Below, in pieces: positions 12,531 through 26,600 of a stretch of 64,000 bases of DNA (its first letter is position 1; every line of letters begins with the position of its first letter). A program made the translations under genes and the position numbers. The stretch is from the NCBI RefSeq assembly GCF_009914755.1, contig NC_060935.1; one strand, written 5' to 3'. The notes below the pieces were generated by a model that was not told where the DNA came from, did not search any database, and saw only the letters and a list, made by a program, of their open reading frames with translations. Origin of the DNA: the human T2T-CHM13v2.0 reference genome, Homo sapiens.

Positions 12531-13290
12531 TGTCAATGAAAAGAGTAAAACTCTGTAAAATGTTTGAACAAATTTATTCTTAGCCAAATATGAGTGACCA
12601 TGGCCCATGACACAGGCCCTCAAGGAGGTCCTGAGAACATATGCCCAAGGTAGTTGGGGTACAGCTTGGTTTTATACATTTTAGGGAGGCATGAGATATC
12701 AATTAAATACATTTAAGAAATACATTCATTTGGTCCAAAAAGTTGGGGCAACTCAAAGTGTGGGACTACAGGCTACAGGTAAATTTAGACATTTTCTGGT
12801 TGATAATTGGTTGAGTTTGCCTAAAGACTTAAAATCGATAGAAAGAAAATGCTCAGGTTAAGATAAAAGATTGTGGAGACCAAGGTTCTTTTGAAGTCTT
12901 GTAGTGACGGGCCTTAGAGAAAACAGATGACAAATGTTTCCTATTCAGACCTTTAAAAGGTGCTAGACTCTTAGTTAATCTCTTCAGGATTAGGAAAGCC
13001 TGGAAGAAAATGATCTAGCTATGTTAACAGAGATTCTTTACAGATGCAAATTTTCCGGCACAAAGGACAACTTTGCAGGGCCATTTCAAAATATAGCAAA
13101 GAAACATGTTTTGGGGTAAAATATTTTGACTTTCCTCCTTGTCACATAATGATATGCCAGGGTGAGATTCTAAAGTCACGATACACAGGGTTAAAGAAAA
13201 TCCATCTGATGAGAATTTATGGTTTGTAGGGCCTGGCTCCCCAGACCCCTTAGATAGGAATTTGGGCAAGATAAAGTCATCAGAACGAAT
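12531..13290 (-). mobile_element. MER4-family LTR (MER4E/E1-like), 5' LTR of the adjacent internal sequence
   Basis: Plus strand tgtcaatgaaaagagtaaaactctgtaaaat...gccaaatatgagtgaccatggccc matches the reverse complement of the recalled MER4 LTR end. Confidence 0.8.
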
Positions 13291-13455
13291 ATCTACCAGC
13301 CAGCCATCTAATTCACAGAAGCCACAATCTTCAGTACTGACAGTATGAGTTCTTTGACATTAAAAGACAGACATAAAGAAACTGAAAAATCCTGGATGCA
13401 TACAGATGAAGTCAGTGGTTGAATGTCTGGTGTTCTTAAAGACATTAGCACTCAC

Positions 13456-13690
13456 CACCGCAGCAGGCCTGGATGAAGATCACCTTGGGTTTGTCCTTCA
13501 AACTTGGACAGTTCCTGGTATTCAACATTTGGAAAATTTCATTGACTTCTAATATATTTGGGAGTTACTCAGAGTATTTTTTCCTACAAATGCCTTCCCA
13601 AATACCATGAGACGTGAACACCAGGAAAGTGCTGTCAGAGGTCCTGTGCTCTGGGCAATGAGCAAATGCCTTCAGCTCTGTAGTCATCTC
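13456..13690 (-). pseudogene. CASP1-like pseudogene, catalytic exon (CASP1 exon 6 equivalent)
   Basis: 235 bp, the same size as CASP5 exon 6, with tag|...|gtgagt splice sites; translates [77 protein letters not shown]; in-frame TAA at 13565-13567; QACRG changed to QACCG. Confidence 0.92.
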
Positions 13691-14113
13691 CTAAAAGGCA
13701 CTATACCACTGATTTTGGACTGTGTAATTCACTATCATGGCACCTTAGAAATCAAATAAATAAATACATAAGGGATTTCTTAAGGAATTTTATGATGAAC
13801 AATGGAGAGGCAAGAAAAATTTTAGTCTTAGTTTGGAGAAAAGGGAAGAAAGTGTTATAGGAAATCATCCAGAGATATAGAGAGAAGGAAGCATTATTGA
13901 GTTAATAAAACACTCCCCAATTAAGTTATACCAGGCTTTAGCTGAATAATCCTTATGTTATAAGAGAACATGTAGCATCCGGCATCCTCCAATGGCAAAT
14001 TTGGATTTTAGATTATGAAGAGATTATATTCTCTGGTCCTACAACTAAGCTTTCTAACATAATTTAGGAATATGAAAGCCATTACCATTGTCTCTGTGTA
14101 TGATAAAACTTAC

Positions 14114-14240
14114 TGAAGCAGTGACATTTTCATTCACATCCACGCTATACCCCAGAGATTCTATCAGCATCTTCATATCTCTGACATCAACTTCACCTCT
14201 AACCCTCCCAGGAAGAATGGCATTCCTCGTGGATAATGGG
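14114..14240 (-). pseudogene. CASP1-like pseudogene, 3' part of the exon 5 equivalent (5' part lost or decayed)
   Basis: LPGRVRGEVDVRDMKMLIESLGYSVDVNENVTAS|gtaagt versus CASP1 [34 protein letters not shown]; donor at 14108-14113; homology clear to ~14216, weak beyond. Confidence 0.85.
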
Positions 14241-15263
14241 ATTCTTCTCTGTCCCACTTTGTGTTCCTTACAGCATCATCTATGTGTGAAGCCATAAAAG
14301 AAGAAATGCATTCTTAGGAGGACAATCCTGATGTAGTCATTAACACCATTGAGTGAATTCTCTGCTAATGGAACACTTCCCAAGCTAGAGGAGATTTTTA
14401 GTGGTGCAATGCAGGAATCTATATTAATATTCTAGCATCAGCTTTTTTACAAATATTTTAGACAAAAACATAGAAAGGGGCATTTTCAAGGCCGGACGTA
14501 ACAAAACACTCAGAAAACAATGTGTGAGATAAAATCTTTACAATATAAGTTGATTTCAAAAGATTCAAACCCTAGGATAAATTTAATAGGAGTAAGACTT
14601 AATTAACTTTGTTAAATATGTCTTTACAAGATGTATGTCTATCTATTTATTTACTTATTAGACATGATAGTAAGCATTAGACATTGTTCTAATGAGCTTT
14701 TGTGCCAACATTCAGGATTTCTTCTCAGTACATATCTATATGGGAAGGAAGAAGAAGAATAGTGAGCATATAAACTAGAATGAATATGAAATAAAATAAT
14801 CAATGCTAAAATCAAGGTGCACAATAGATGACTTCATAGCACTAAACATTGCTTTCATAAACATATGAGGAAGAGTTTTCACAGAGGTTTATGTGAGAAA
14901 ATCCTTGAAAATTTTATTTGATCACAAGTTCCACACCATATGACAATGTGATGTATTTGATAAATAAATTAATGTAATCTTTGTCTGTTTCAAAATATAA
15001 ATAAATGTACTAGATATTTGGAGATTCTTTTAGAAACTAAGCTATTAAAATGAGAAAATTATATTCAATTTGGAAATGGAATTTGAGAAACTCCTTTAAA
15101 ATCAGCTAGGTAAACCAAAGCAGCATTAAGTGGGTTAATTTTGGAGAAGATAAGAGCTAATTAGAATGAATATTTTGGAGAAAACTGTAGAAATAATCAT
15201 TAGGTGGAAAAAAATGCTTGTTTTTTTCATAGAGGAATCAGAACAACACAAAAGACCTCAGAT

Positions 15264-15624
<361 letters not shown>

Positions 15625-15689
15625 TCAGTGTCTCATCTCAGAAAATATTCATAAAATTCATAAAATTATCACCCTTAATAGATTCAGCA

Positions 15690-16001
<312 letters not shown>

Positions 16002-16376
16002 ACAACCGGAAAGTAATATCTAAACTTTGTGAAAAAAATTGCTTTCCTGGCTTCACAATTTCTTTCAAATATAAAATCCTTTTATTTTAAGAGAAAGAGT
16101 CACTTTTGGAAAAAAAATATTTTAGAGTTGTACCCTGTTCTAGGACAAATAAAACACTGACAATTTGGTAAGCAAGAAGCTGAACTCACAAACATAAATT
16201 TTTCTAACCAAAACCCAGCACATCTTGACTGTGTTAGGACTCAATAAAACTTAGATCATGATTTTCAGGGTAGAGGACTGAAACATTTTTAAGATCTTTC
16301 TTGTCATCTGGGACATAAGTATTTCCTTTAGTACCCTGAATATTTTATGGAATAAAAAGTTTTATGCCCACATTTT

Positions 16377-16815
16377 TGTGGCAGCGACTAGCCAGACACT
16401 CTCAGTGTCTACACTGAGACCCAACAAGACACTTCTCTGTTTCCTGGGCACTCAGCTAGTCTATGTTGCCAATGACTCTAGTAGTTAGGCATGACCATAT
16501 CACTGGTTTCTAACTAGTGGAATGCAAGCACAAGTATGGGGTGAGCCTAGAAAAATCTCCTAAAGATGATCCTCTGTATTATTTCCAATGCCACTAACTG
16601 GATGGTTATCATCACAATTATTTTAACATTGCCATGTTGCAGATTATCAGAGCCATAGAATAGAAGAGTTCTAAGCATCTGGGTTAGCACTTGGAGAAGA
16701 GCTGTCCACTAATCAGGAATAGCAATTTTGGAATTTTCATGAAGGAGAAATAAGCTTTTACCATATCTGAGTGATTATAAATGTTTGACTTTGTTAAAAC
16801 AACCCACATTAACAC
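16377..16815. mobile_element. Old MaLR LTR (MLT1-like)
   Basis: Recalled MLT1 motifs (gtagttaggcatgaccatatcactggtttctaactagtggaatg); strongly diverged. Confidence 0.45.
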
Positions 16816-17785
16816 ATACAGGCCTGTGTAGTCTCATTTATATCCCTAAATTATTGGAATGCTTTAATTTCAGGATAGAGATTTTTAATTACATTTTCAC
16901 TTATGATTTATGTATTCATGTGAGTGCAATAAAAACAGGGATGCTGTCTTGTTCATTTTTCTCTATCCAGTCCATAGAACGTGGTATTGAATACAGTTGG
17001 CATGTGATCAATATTTTTCTAGTGGCCTAGTAACAATAATTCTAATGAAATTATTTAGTGAAGTGTTCTTTTAACAAATATTTATCAAATGCGAGGCAAC
17101 CAACCGTTAAATGAGATCATACCTATGAATAAGTCAGACATTTTGAAATTTTACCTCAAAGCTTAAAGTCCAATGGAGGAAATTGAATTTATTTTTTAAA
17201 TTACCAAAACATTTGGTAAGAGTTATGGCTAAAGAATTACAGGGAACTTTAGGAAAAGGGGCTCTGAAGCATATTAGCAGAAGTGGAGAGACAGATTCAA
17301 ATTGGAACAGTAGATCCATAAGCCTGACAATGGCTTCAATGTTGGAGGTGAGTTAGAAGAAAGAGCTCAAGATGAGTTTCAGGTTTCTGGTTTGAATAAT
17401 TGGTGATGGTGACATCGTTAACCAAGATAGAAGAAACTGAAAGAGAAGCAGCATTGGGGAAGAATGGCACGTTCAGCTGTGGGAATGTTCAGGCAAAGGT
17501 GTCTCTGGGAGATGTGAGTGAGTATGTTCAGTAGTCACTTGAATTATGAAGTCTGGCACTTTAGTGGGTAATCAGGATTTAATACACAAATTCAAATTTG
17601 TTTATACAGACATATACACAGGGGTAGTGAAACTGTGAGAATAGCCTCTGTGGAAGCAGACTAGATTAAGAAGAGAAAAAAGTATATGATCAATCTATGA
17701 GAATTACCTATTACTCTCTCATCCTGGGTTTACCATATGTATTTAATATCAAGGAAGATGGGATTCAAAGAATGCTATTTCTTAC

Positions 17786-17848
17786 CTGGGAAGGGAGAAA
17801 ATACTTCTTAAGAATCTTGTGTACTGAGGTCATTTCCAAAGAGTGGGC
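17786..17848 (-). pseudogene. CASP1-like pseudogene, 63-bp linker exon (CASP1 exon 3 equivalent)
   Basis: tttctttag|GCCCACTC...TTCCCAG|gtaaga; phase-1 translation xPLFGNDLSTQDS*EVFSPFP versus CASP1 [21 protein letters not shown]; TAA at 17808-17810. Confidence 0.85.
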
Positions 17849-20800
17849 CTAAAGAAAGATTGATATTTAAATAGTCGCTTGTCATCTCTGAAGAACTTTA
17901 CCCCAATGTATTGGATACTCTTCACTGATTTATTTTCCATATGCCTGACTGATTGATAATAAATCCTGTTCAAGATGTGTCTTTTGAAACCACACACATC
18001 ACTTGGGAAACAAGAGGCTCTTCACATGAATGACTAGACAGTTATTTAATAGCTAAGGCAGAATAGATGAGTATCTGTGAGTGACACCTTTGATCTCTGC
18101 TTTGTATGGTGAAAGTGGAATCAGGACATCATCAGATATAGAATCAGTAATTCTCTTGACATATGTATGTCAAGGTGGCCCCTGAGGCAACACAGGTGTC
18201 TGAAAGTAAAGTTGCCTAACTCACTGCTGACTTTGGCTTTGAAGAAAACTATGAGGGGGGAAAGGCGTCTGTGTTTAGGCCTCTAGTTTTGCTAAGATTT
18301 GTCACAGCAAAGGGGTTAGGTGAACAATCGGCCAAGCCAGGAAGAATGAACCCAAGTTCCAGGCTTGAGATGAATCAGTGACATCTCAGAGGAATCTATT
18401 TAGAACTTGGGAGGAATGGGGGTCAGAGACATGCTGGAACTCACAAGGTCTTTTAATCTGCTTAAATTGAAGGAGAAGGTTAATAAGAATGTGTTCTTCA
18501 TCCTAGAATGATAGATATTTGTGCAAAGTCAATAATATTCCCTTAACATGTTTCTGAAATTTTTTCAAATTTATTTCTCACTGATATTAATAATCTCCCC
18601 TCAAGTGAACTAGTGAAATTTCCATGGTCCAGAGAGACTCATGACACATGTTAGATCATTTTATAAGTTGAATGTTGTGATGTACATGAAAGTTACAGGC
18701 AAATACACTGTCAGCTTTACTATGTGAATTTCTTGTCCCAACCATTTTCTATTCTCTATACTATGTCCTCTATTCTCTACCTATATCTCTATGCCCTATA
18801 CTGTAACACTGCGAGCAAAGTGGAAATAAAATTAATAATAATAATAATAATATGGAGTTAACATTTATTACTTGGTTCTTTTAGGGCTATCATTATCACC
18901 CATGGTTTGCAATATTGTACTAGCACTTGACCTGTCCCCCTATATCCACTCTTGCTGGGCTATAATCCATTCCCCACAGAGATCCCAGAGTGATTCTTTA
19001 AAAATGAAAATTTTATCACTTAATTGCTTACAGCCCTCCAGAATTTCTTATTACTATTAGTAAGAAGAAACATATAAGGCCTCAGATATTCTGGTCCCTC
19101 CCTCACCCCCCAGCCTCCCTGTTGGCATCTCTTCTGACACTGTGTTCCAGCTACTAAGCCCTCTCTCTGAAGCTCTGTTTTGTCTGTAAGTTCCCCATAC
19201 ACACTGCTTCTCTTGTCTAGAATGTTCCTCTTTTACCCTTGATTTGCACTCCTTAGTTTTTCAAATGTGAGCATAAATGTTTCTTTAAAGGTTTTTATCA
19301 CAGTGGACAATCATTATTTATTCCTGCTACATTGTACCTGCATTTTTTCTCCCAATTAATGTCTGCCTTTATGGCCTGACTGTAAATACCATAAGGTTTA
19401 GTAACCACGTCTCCTTTAATTGTGCATCATATGTCCTGCATGTAGCCTCGTCTTAGCACACAATTACATGTACAAAACAAAAAATAAAAAAAGGAATTTG
19501 CATATTAGACTGTATTTCCACAACTAAATTGAACAGTCCTTCAGAATATGTATCAGGCTTCATATGCAATTTTAACTTCTTTTAACAGCTATAAGTATAG
19601 AACTCATCTTTCAGATAAGTTCCAGAGAATATATGATAGGTAATAAGATAGAGGATAACTGGGGAAGCTATCTGAGTAGGGAACTGGAAGAAATATGTTT
19701 AGCCAGAGCAGAGAACAAATGCAAAGTTTTGCTGTGTATGTAATTATTTTGTTTAGTTTTCTTCAAGCAACTAAGCAGATAGTGATGCCATCATCAAACT
19801 GGGAAAGAATGGGCTTAATAAGCTTGTTTTGGAAGGACTCAGAGAAAGAAAAAGTAATGAGAAATTAGAAATTTTATTTTAAATTCCTTAAATTTGAGCT
19901 ACCAATTAGATATGCAAGGAGACAGGTACAGTAGAAAATTTTATGTATGAAACAGGAACTCGGTTTTTATAGAGTTCTATATAGTCTCATGGTTCTTGTG
20001 AAGGGTCAAAGGACTTAGACTAATACTAGACACCCAACAAGTCTTTGATGTTAAAGTGGTTTAAGTAGCCTAGAAAATACTGTTATTAGTAATTGACTAG
20101 AATAGTTCTAAGGAATAAAAGGAGTACTCAAACTATAAACACAGAAATTATATTACTTGATTTCTTTTTTACATAAATAAAGGACAGTCACCTTTTGAAA
20201 ATATTTGGGTAGCTAAAACATAAATTCTACTCTTTATGCCTTTCAAGGAAGTATATAACACAGATAAGAGTACTAGTTTCCGTAAGAAATCTATTAGTGA
20301 GCAAATGGCACATATAAGATGCATTTTGTATGTGTCCCCAAACATGTGACCATTACTTGGTTTATTTCACACCTTTATTGTTTGAAATATTCAATATTTA
20401 TTGCACTTATTGTATTGAATTTAAAAAGAGTATGTGCCACTGTACTCTTTTTAAAGAGCACTTACATAAATTTAAACATATTTAATTTTTCCATATTTCC
20501 CCTATAGTGCACAAAATTTAACTAAAAAATATTTGTTTTTATCAAAGTTATTCTGAGCCAAATCAGAAAAAAAGCCAAATGATACAAAATACATAATTTT
20601 GCTTATCTTCTTTTAATTTTTGCATCATTTTTTTCCCATAATTACATTCGACACTTATAAAATGATTTTGTGGGAACTAATCCCATCATGAAAACTTTGT
20701 AAGTATGCCATGCTCCACACTTCCATTTAGGGTTTTGTTCTTTATAAAAAGTGCATGGCCTTAAAGTGCAAAAATACAGACCTATTTATAGGATACTTAA

Positions 20801-22195
20801 TATCCCAAACAAGTTAAACTATATGTAAGACTAATCAGAGTCTTCGGCAGAAACCAATATTTGTGTCTTAGACTCCAGAAATACCTGTCTCAGCCTTGTT
20901 CAGTGCCAAGGAAAAATTCAACATACTGTTATTGACCCATAAATTCTACATCAAAATGAACTATGATTCTCTCACAGATTTAGAAGCCTCAAAAATTACA
21001 TCTCATAATGTATCAGTCTGTTATTGCCACAAGACTGCCATATAACAAATGATCTCAAAATTTCAGCGACAAATTTCACTAAGCTCATTTTGCACCTGTG
21101 GGTATACAATTCAGCTGCAGGAACCTCTTACTTCCCTTGTGGGTCATCTCAGTGCGTCTTTTCCATAATTCTCATCCTCCTTTAGGTCTGGTAGGTTTCT
21201 GTCATAGCAACTGCAGAAGCCGAGACGACAAGCCTAATCAGTTAAGAATATTTCAAGCCTCTGCTTGGATTAATAAATTGGTCATTTCAACTGAAAGAAG
21301 TTGCTATGGAAGATGTAAAACATGGTACTCAGAACAATTTGCTAATCCTCTACATCCTGAAGATTTCTGTAATGAATTGAATCCAAATATTTCCCTCCAT
21401 TTGATCTCCTGTAGCAAATATTGATTAAGCCATTTAATAAAAAGGTGCTTTATATTCTTTCATATAGGGTAGATACTTCTGACATGCAATTTTTTTCTGA
21501 AGTTCAAAAGCACCATGAAAGCATGTACTAGAGATTTTTCTCAATTTGTATAGCAGATGTTCAGCACAATGCCTTAAATAAATTGTTTTTAATAATGGAC
21601 AAAATATAGAGGGTAAAAAAGCACTTTTTTTAAAAAAAAGAATCAGACAATTTTGGTTTGAGTTCTATTTATCAGTAGGATATCAATCAAAATATATAGG
21701 CTGCAAATATCACCAGGTTTACTATTAACTTTCTGCCCAATGTAGTCAACAGGTAGCTCTGATCATTGTACTTTTTAGAGAACTGGAATAATGGAAGATC
21801 CATTTTGACACATGGCTTTACCATGGCAGAGAAATGGTAAATAACAAATGGTGTTCTGGTTTCCAACCCATTATCTCAAATGGAAGCTCACATACTACCT
21901 CTGCTTATGTGGCATTAGTGAAAGTAAGTTATGTAGCTACAGCAACCTTGAAAGGAGATGGGTACAATCCTACCACATTCCAAGAGGCAGGCCCATGAGA
22001 TGAGTACCTTTATTTCTCCCATTTTACAGAAGAAAATCAGACTTCAGGCTGTAGAATAACCTCTGAAATCACACAATTGGAAAGTAGCCAAGCTGGAATT
22101 TTCATCAATGTGTCTAAGAAATGAAAACCTATGCTTTTTGGCACAGCATTTCTTTACCTTTTCATGTGAAGTAGGCTTTACAGTAGATGCTATGT

Positions 22196-22560
22196 GCTAT
22201 TGTCTGAATCTTTATTTTCCTTCTAAAATTCATATGGTTAAAATCCTAACCCCCAAGGTTATGGCATTTGGAGGTGGGGCCTTTGGGAGGTGATTAGGTT
22301 ATGAGAGCAGAGCCTTCATAACTAGAATAAGTGCTTTTATAAAAGAGACCCCAGAGAGGTAGCTCTTTACTACTACCATGTGAGGACAAAGTTATAAGAT
22401 GCCATACAGAAATTAGAAAGTGGGCCCTCACCAGATCTAGATCTTCCAATGCCTTGATCCTGGACTTCCCAGCCTCTAGAATTGTGAGAAATAAATTTCA
22501 ATCATTTATAAGCTACTCAGTTTATGGCATTTTGTTCCAGCTGTCCAAATGGAATAAAAT
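22196..22560 (+). mobile_element. MaLR LTR (MLT1A-like)
   Basis: tgctattgtctgaat...aaatcctaacccccaagg...ggaggtggggcctttgggaggtgattagg...gcctctagaattgtgagaaataaattt. Confidence 0.75.
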
Positions 22561-23604
22561 AGTAGATACTAACAAATACTAGCTCTTGTTATCCTTAACC
22601 CTTGTATTTTCTACTGATGATAATGATAATTAAGAATGTAAGAATTAAATAACTATACAAAACAAAACACAAAAGAAAGAGAAAATTTTATCTTCTTAGG
22701 ACAATGTGTGTTCATCTCTACCTAAAAGAAGGTTGGTAGACTGTCTTTTTGGAGATATTGCTTGTTAGTAATGAATATACTATAGTCCATAATGTAAGGT
22801 ATGCCCATTATCAGTGGAGATTTTAACATGCTTAAGAAACCATTATATAAGTCCAAAATATTAATTTAGTTTTGAGAAATATAACTTTTATAAGAAATAG
22901 AATATTTGCATTAATATAGTGAGAGTATTTTCTTTCAGCAACCTGGCCAAAAGTATAATCAGAAGAATGCTAAGTGGACATAGAATCAAATGAGGGAGAA
23001 TGAGATAAATCAATTTGTAATATCATCAAGCTAATAACTCCAACCTAAGGGAAAAACTTCTGCTTATGGATGAAAGTATCAAAGTCCGTTGATTACACAA
23101 CCCTTTGCATACTTTCACCATCACTAAATGCGTTGTTATCATTTGGCTAAGGCTCTCTCCCACAAAGTGAAGAGGAATGGGTACTGTCACCCCTGCCTCT
23201 GTGACTCTTTTTTCTTATTTCAATGTATGTCTAGACATAGACTTTCCTCGAATGTCTGCTTATGTTCCTTCAGTTTGCCAAGTCTCTTAGGCTTCATACT
23301 TGTTATTAATATAACATTTCATACCTTTGCACTATCATATTTATTGATTTCATATTTAAATTTCAGAATAAAGTAATTTTCCACTGTTTTCAGACTTACT
23401 AGGATAATCTCATATATGATAAGAATAACAATGATGATGATACAGAACCAAGTTTAAATATTACTCCAGAATTACTTCCAGGGGCTTGCAATGTCAGTGG
23501 ATGAAATATGTGTCAAAAATTGGAGCAAAATAATGTTTTTCCTAATTAATAAGTGCATATTCTTTTTACTTTGAAATTTCCTGTATAGATCATTTCAAAG
23601 GTGG

Positions 23605-26600
23605 TTTCCCAAACTCAGTGAGCAATCACAGTACCTGCTTTTAACTTCTTATTGCTGAAAGAGGCATTGAAGTGGGTCAGAGAGACAGTCTTGAATGGTA
23701 GACACCAATCTTCCCCTATCCCCTGGCAGAGGCCATGCAGCAGTATGGAGAGTCTGTGTGTTGGAGGAGGGAGAGTACAGCATCTGAGGGACATTACATT
23801 GAACTCAGTGTTGCATGTCATAGTTGAGAACAAAGCTGTGATAGGCTCAGCCAGTGCCTGTGCATGGTGGGAGCATTTGAACCAGCCCTAGCCAGAGAGG
23901 AATCATCTATCCCAGTGGTTGAAACTTGAGTTGCTCAGCAAGCCTCGTCACTGCTAGCCAAAGTGCTCTGGGGTCCTTGGTAGACTTGAAAGGCAGTCTA
24001 GGATTCAAGAACTACAATTACTAGGGAACTCCTTGTGCTGGGCTAGGCTCAGAGTCATTAACCTGGAAAGTTACTAGCCAGGTGGCTAAGGGGGTGTTTG
24101 TCTCACCTCCCGGCAAACCCCAGGCTGCACAGCTCACAGCAATGAAAGTGATTTCTTTTTTCTGCTTAAGAAAAGGAGAGAGAAGAGTAAAGAAGACTTT
24201 GTATTGCACCTTGGATATTAGCTCACCCATAGTAGGACAGGGCACCAGGTAAAGATGTGAGATACCCACCCCAGGCCCTGGCTCTCAGATGACATTTCTA
24301 GACATACCCTAGCCAATCGAGAACCCAGTGACATAAAGGGAAGGATCCAGTCCTGGCAGAATTTGTCACCTGCTGACTAAAGAGTCTTTGTGTCCTTAAT
24401 AATCAATACTCAGGTAGTATGCAATGCGCCTTGGGCTCTAAGATGTCCTGAATTCAGCTGTGATCCAACACATTCCCAGCTGTGGTGACTATGCTGAAAG
24501 ACTCCTACAGTTTGATGAAAGCAGGGGAGAAAGTAAAGGGGACTTTGCCTTGCACTTTAGGTACCAGCTTGGCCACAGTGGGTTAGAGCAATAATCAAGG
24601 TCTTAGGGTCTCTGAGTCTAGGCCTAGGCTCTTGGATAGCATTTCTGGACCTGTCATGGGCCACAGGGGAGCCCACTGCCCTGAAGGGTGAGTCTCAGGC
24701 CTGGTAGCATTAATCACAAACTGACAGATGAGCCCTGAGGCTTTAAGTGAACATCAGTGGTGGCCTGGTAGAATGCCCCATGGGCCTGTGGTGCTGGTGG
24801 CCACAGGGAAAGTCTCCTCTGCCTGTGGGAAGGGAAGGGAAAAGCAGGAAGGACTTTGTATTGTGGTTTAAATGCCAGCTTAGCTACAGTAGAATAGAAC
24901 AACAGGCAAATTACTAAGATTTTTTACTCCAATTCCTGGCTCCCAAATAGCATTTCTGGGCCTGTAGAGAACCTGGGGGAGCTCACCACCTTGAATGGAA
25001 GAACACAAACCTGTCTGGCTTTGCCACCTGCTGATCACAGAGCCCTAGGGCCTTGAGTGAACAGAGGTTGTAGCCAGTTAGTGATTACAGAGCATCTTGG
25101 GAGAGACCCAGTGCTGTGCTGGCTTCAGGTCTGAAATAGCGGTGGTGGTGACAGGGGTGCTTGTGTCTCTCCACCCCAGTTCCAGATGGCTCAGCACAGA
25201 AAGAGAGACTCTTTTGTTTGGGACAAAATAAGGAAAAAGAACAAGCGCCCATCTGATAATCTAGAGAATTCTTCCAAAATTCTATGTCTGTAACTGTCCA
25301 GAGAATTCAAAATAGCTGTTTTAATGAAACTCAAAGAAATTCAAGATAACACAGTGAAGGAACTCAGAATTCTATCAGGTAAATTCAACAAAGAGATTGA
25401 AATAATTAGAATGAATCAAGCAGAAACTCTGGAATTGAACAATATAATTGATATACTAAAGAATGCGTCAGAGTCCCTTAATAGTAGAATTGATCAAGCA
25501 GAATAAAGAATTAATGAGCTTGAAGACAGTTTATTTGGAAGTATACAGCCACAGGAAATGTAGGAAGGAAAAAAAACAATAAAGCATGACTACAAGATCT
25601 AGAAAAGAGGCTCAAAGGGATAAATCTAAAAGTTATTGGCATTAAAGATGAAGTAGAGAAAGAGATAGGGATAGAAAGTTTATTTCAAAGGAGTAATATC
25701 AGAAAACTTCCCAAGCCTAAAGAAAAATATCAACCTTCAAGTACAAGAAAGTTATAGAACACCAAGCAGATTTAACCCAAAGAAGACTACCTCAAGACAT
25801 TTGATAATCAAACTTCCGAAGGTCAAAGATAAAGACAGATTTCTAAAAGCAGCAAGAGAAAGAAACAAATAATATACTCCAATATATCTAGCAGCAGACT
25901 TTTCAGTGGAAACCTTACAGGCCAGAAGAGAGTGGCGTGACATAATTAAAATGCCAAAGGAAAAAACTTTGACCCTAAAAAAGCACATCCAGTGAAAATG
26001 TCCTTCAAGCAAAAAAGATGAATAAAAACTTTCCCAGACAAACAAAAAAAAGATGAGGGCTTTTATCAATGCCAGACATGTTCTACAAGAAATGCTAAAC
26101 CAAGTTCTTCAATCTGAAAAAAAGGACTTAAATGAGCAAGAAAGAATCATTTGAAGATACAAAACTCACTGGTAATAGTAAGAGCACAGAAAAACACAGA
26201 ATATTATAACGCTGTAATTGTGATGTGTAAACATCTCTTAATTAGAAAGACTAAACCAATCAAAAATAATAACTACGACTACTTTTCAAGATGCAGACAG
26301 TACATGAAGACATCAAGAGAAACAACAAAAAGTTAAAAATTGAGATGATGCAACTAAAGTATACAGTTTTTATTAGTTTTCTTTTTCCATGGTTGTTTGT
26401 TTATGCAATCAGTATTTAGCTGTTATCAGTTTAAAATAATGAGTTATAAGATAGTATTTGCAGACCTCATGGCATCCATACAATGGATACTCAAAAAGTA
26501 AAAAGCAAAAAATTGAATCATACTACAAGAGAAAATCACCTTTGCTAAAAGCAAGACAGAAGAAAAGGAAAAAAGGAAGATAAGATCATAAAACAAGCAG

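Noticed and set aside
13456-14257. A new functional caspase
   Set aside because: In-frame stop, QACCG active-site change, truncated exon 5 and missing exons; reported as a pseudogene.
17900-23600. Missing CARD exon and exon 1 of the CASP1 relic
   Set aside because: No recognisable CASP1 exon 1/2 sequence by eye; the region is mostly old L2/MIR/MaLR-like fragments that I could not delimit reliably.
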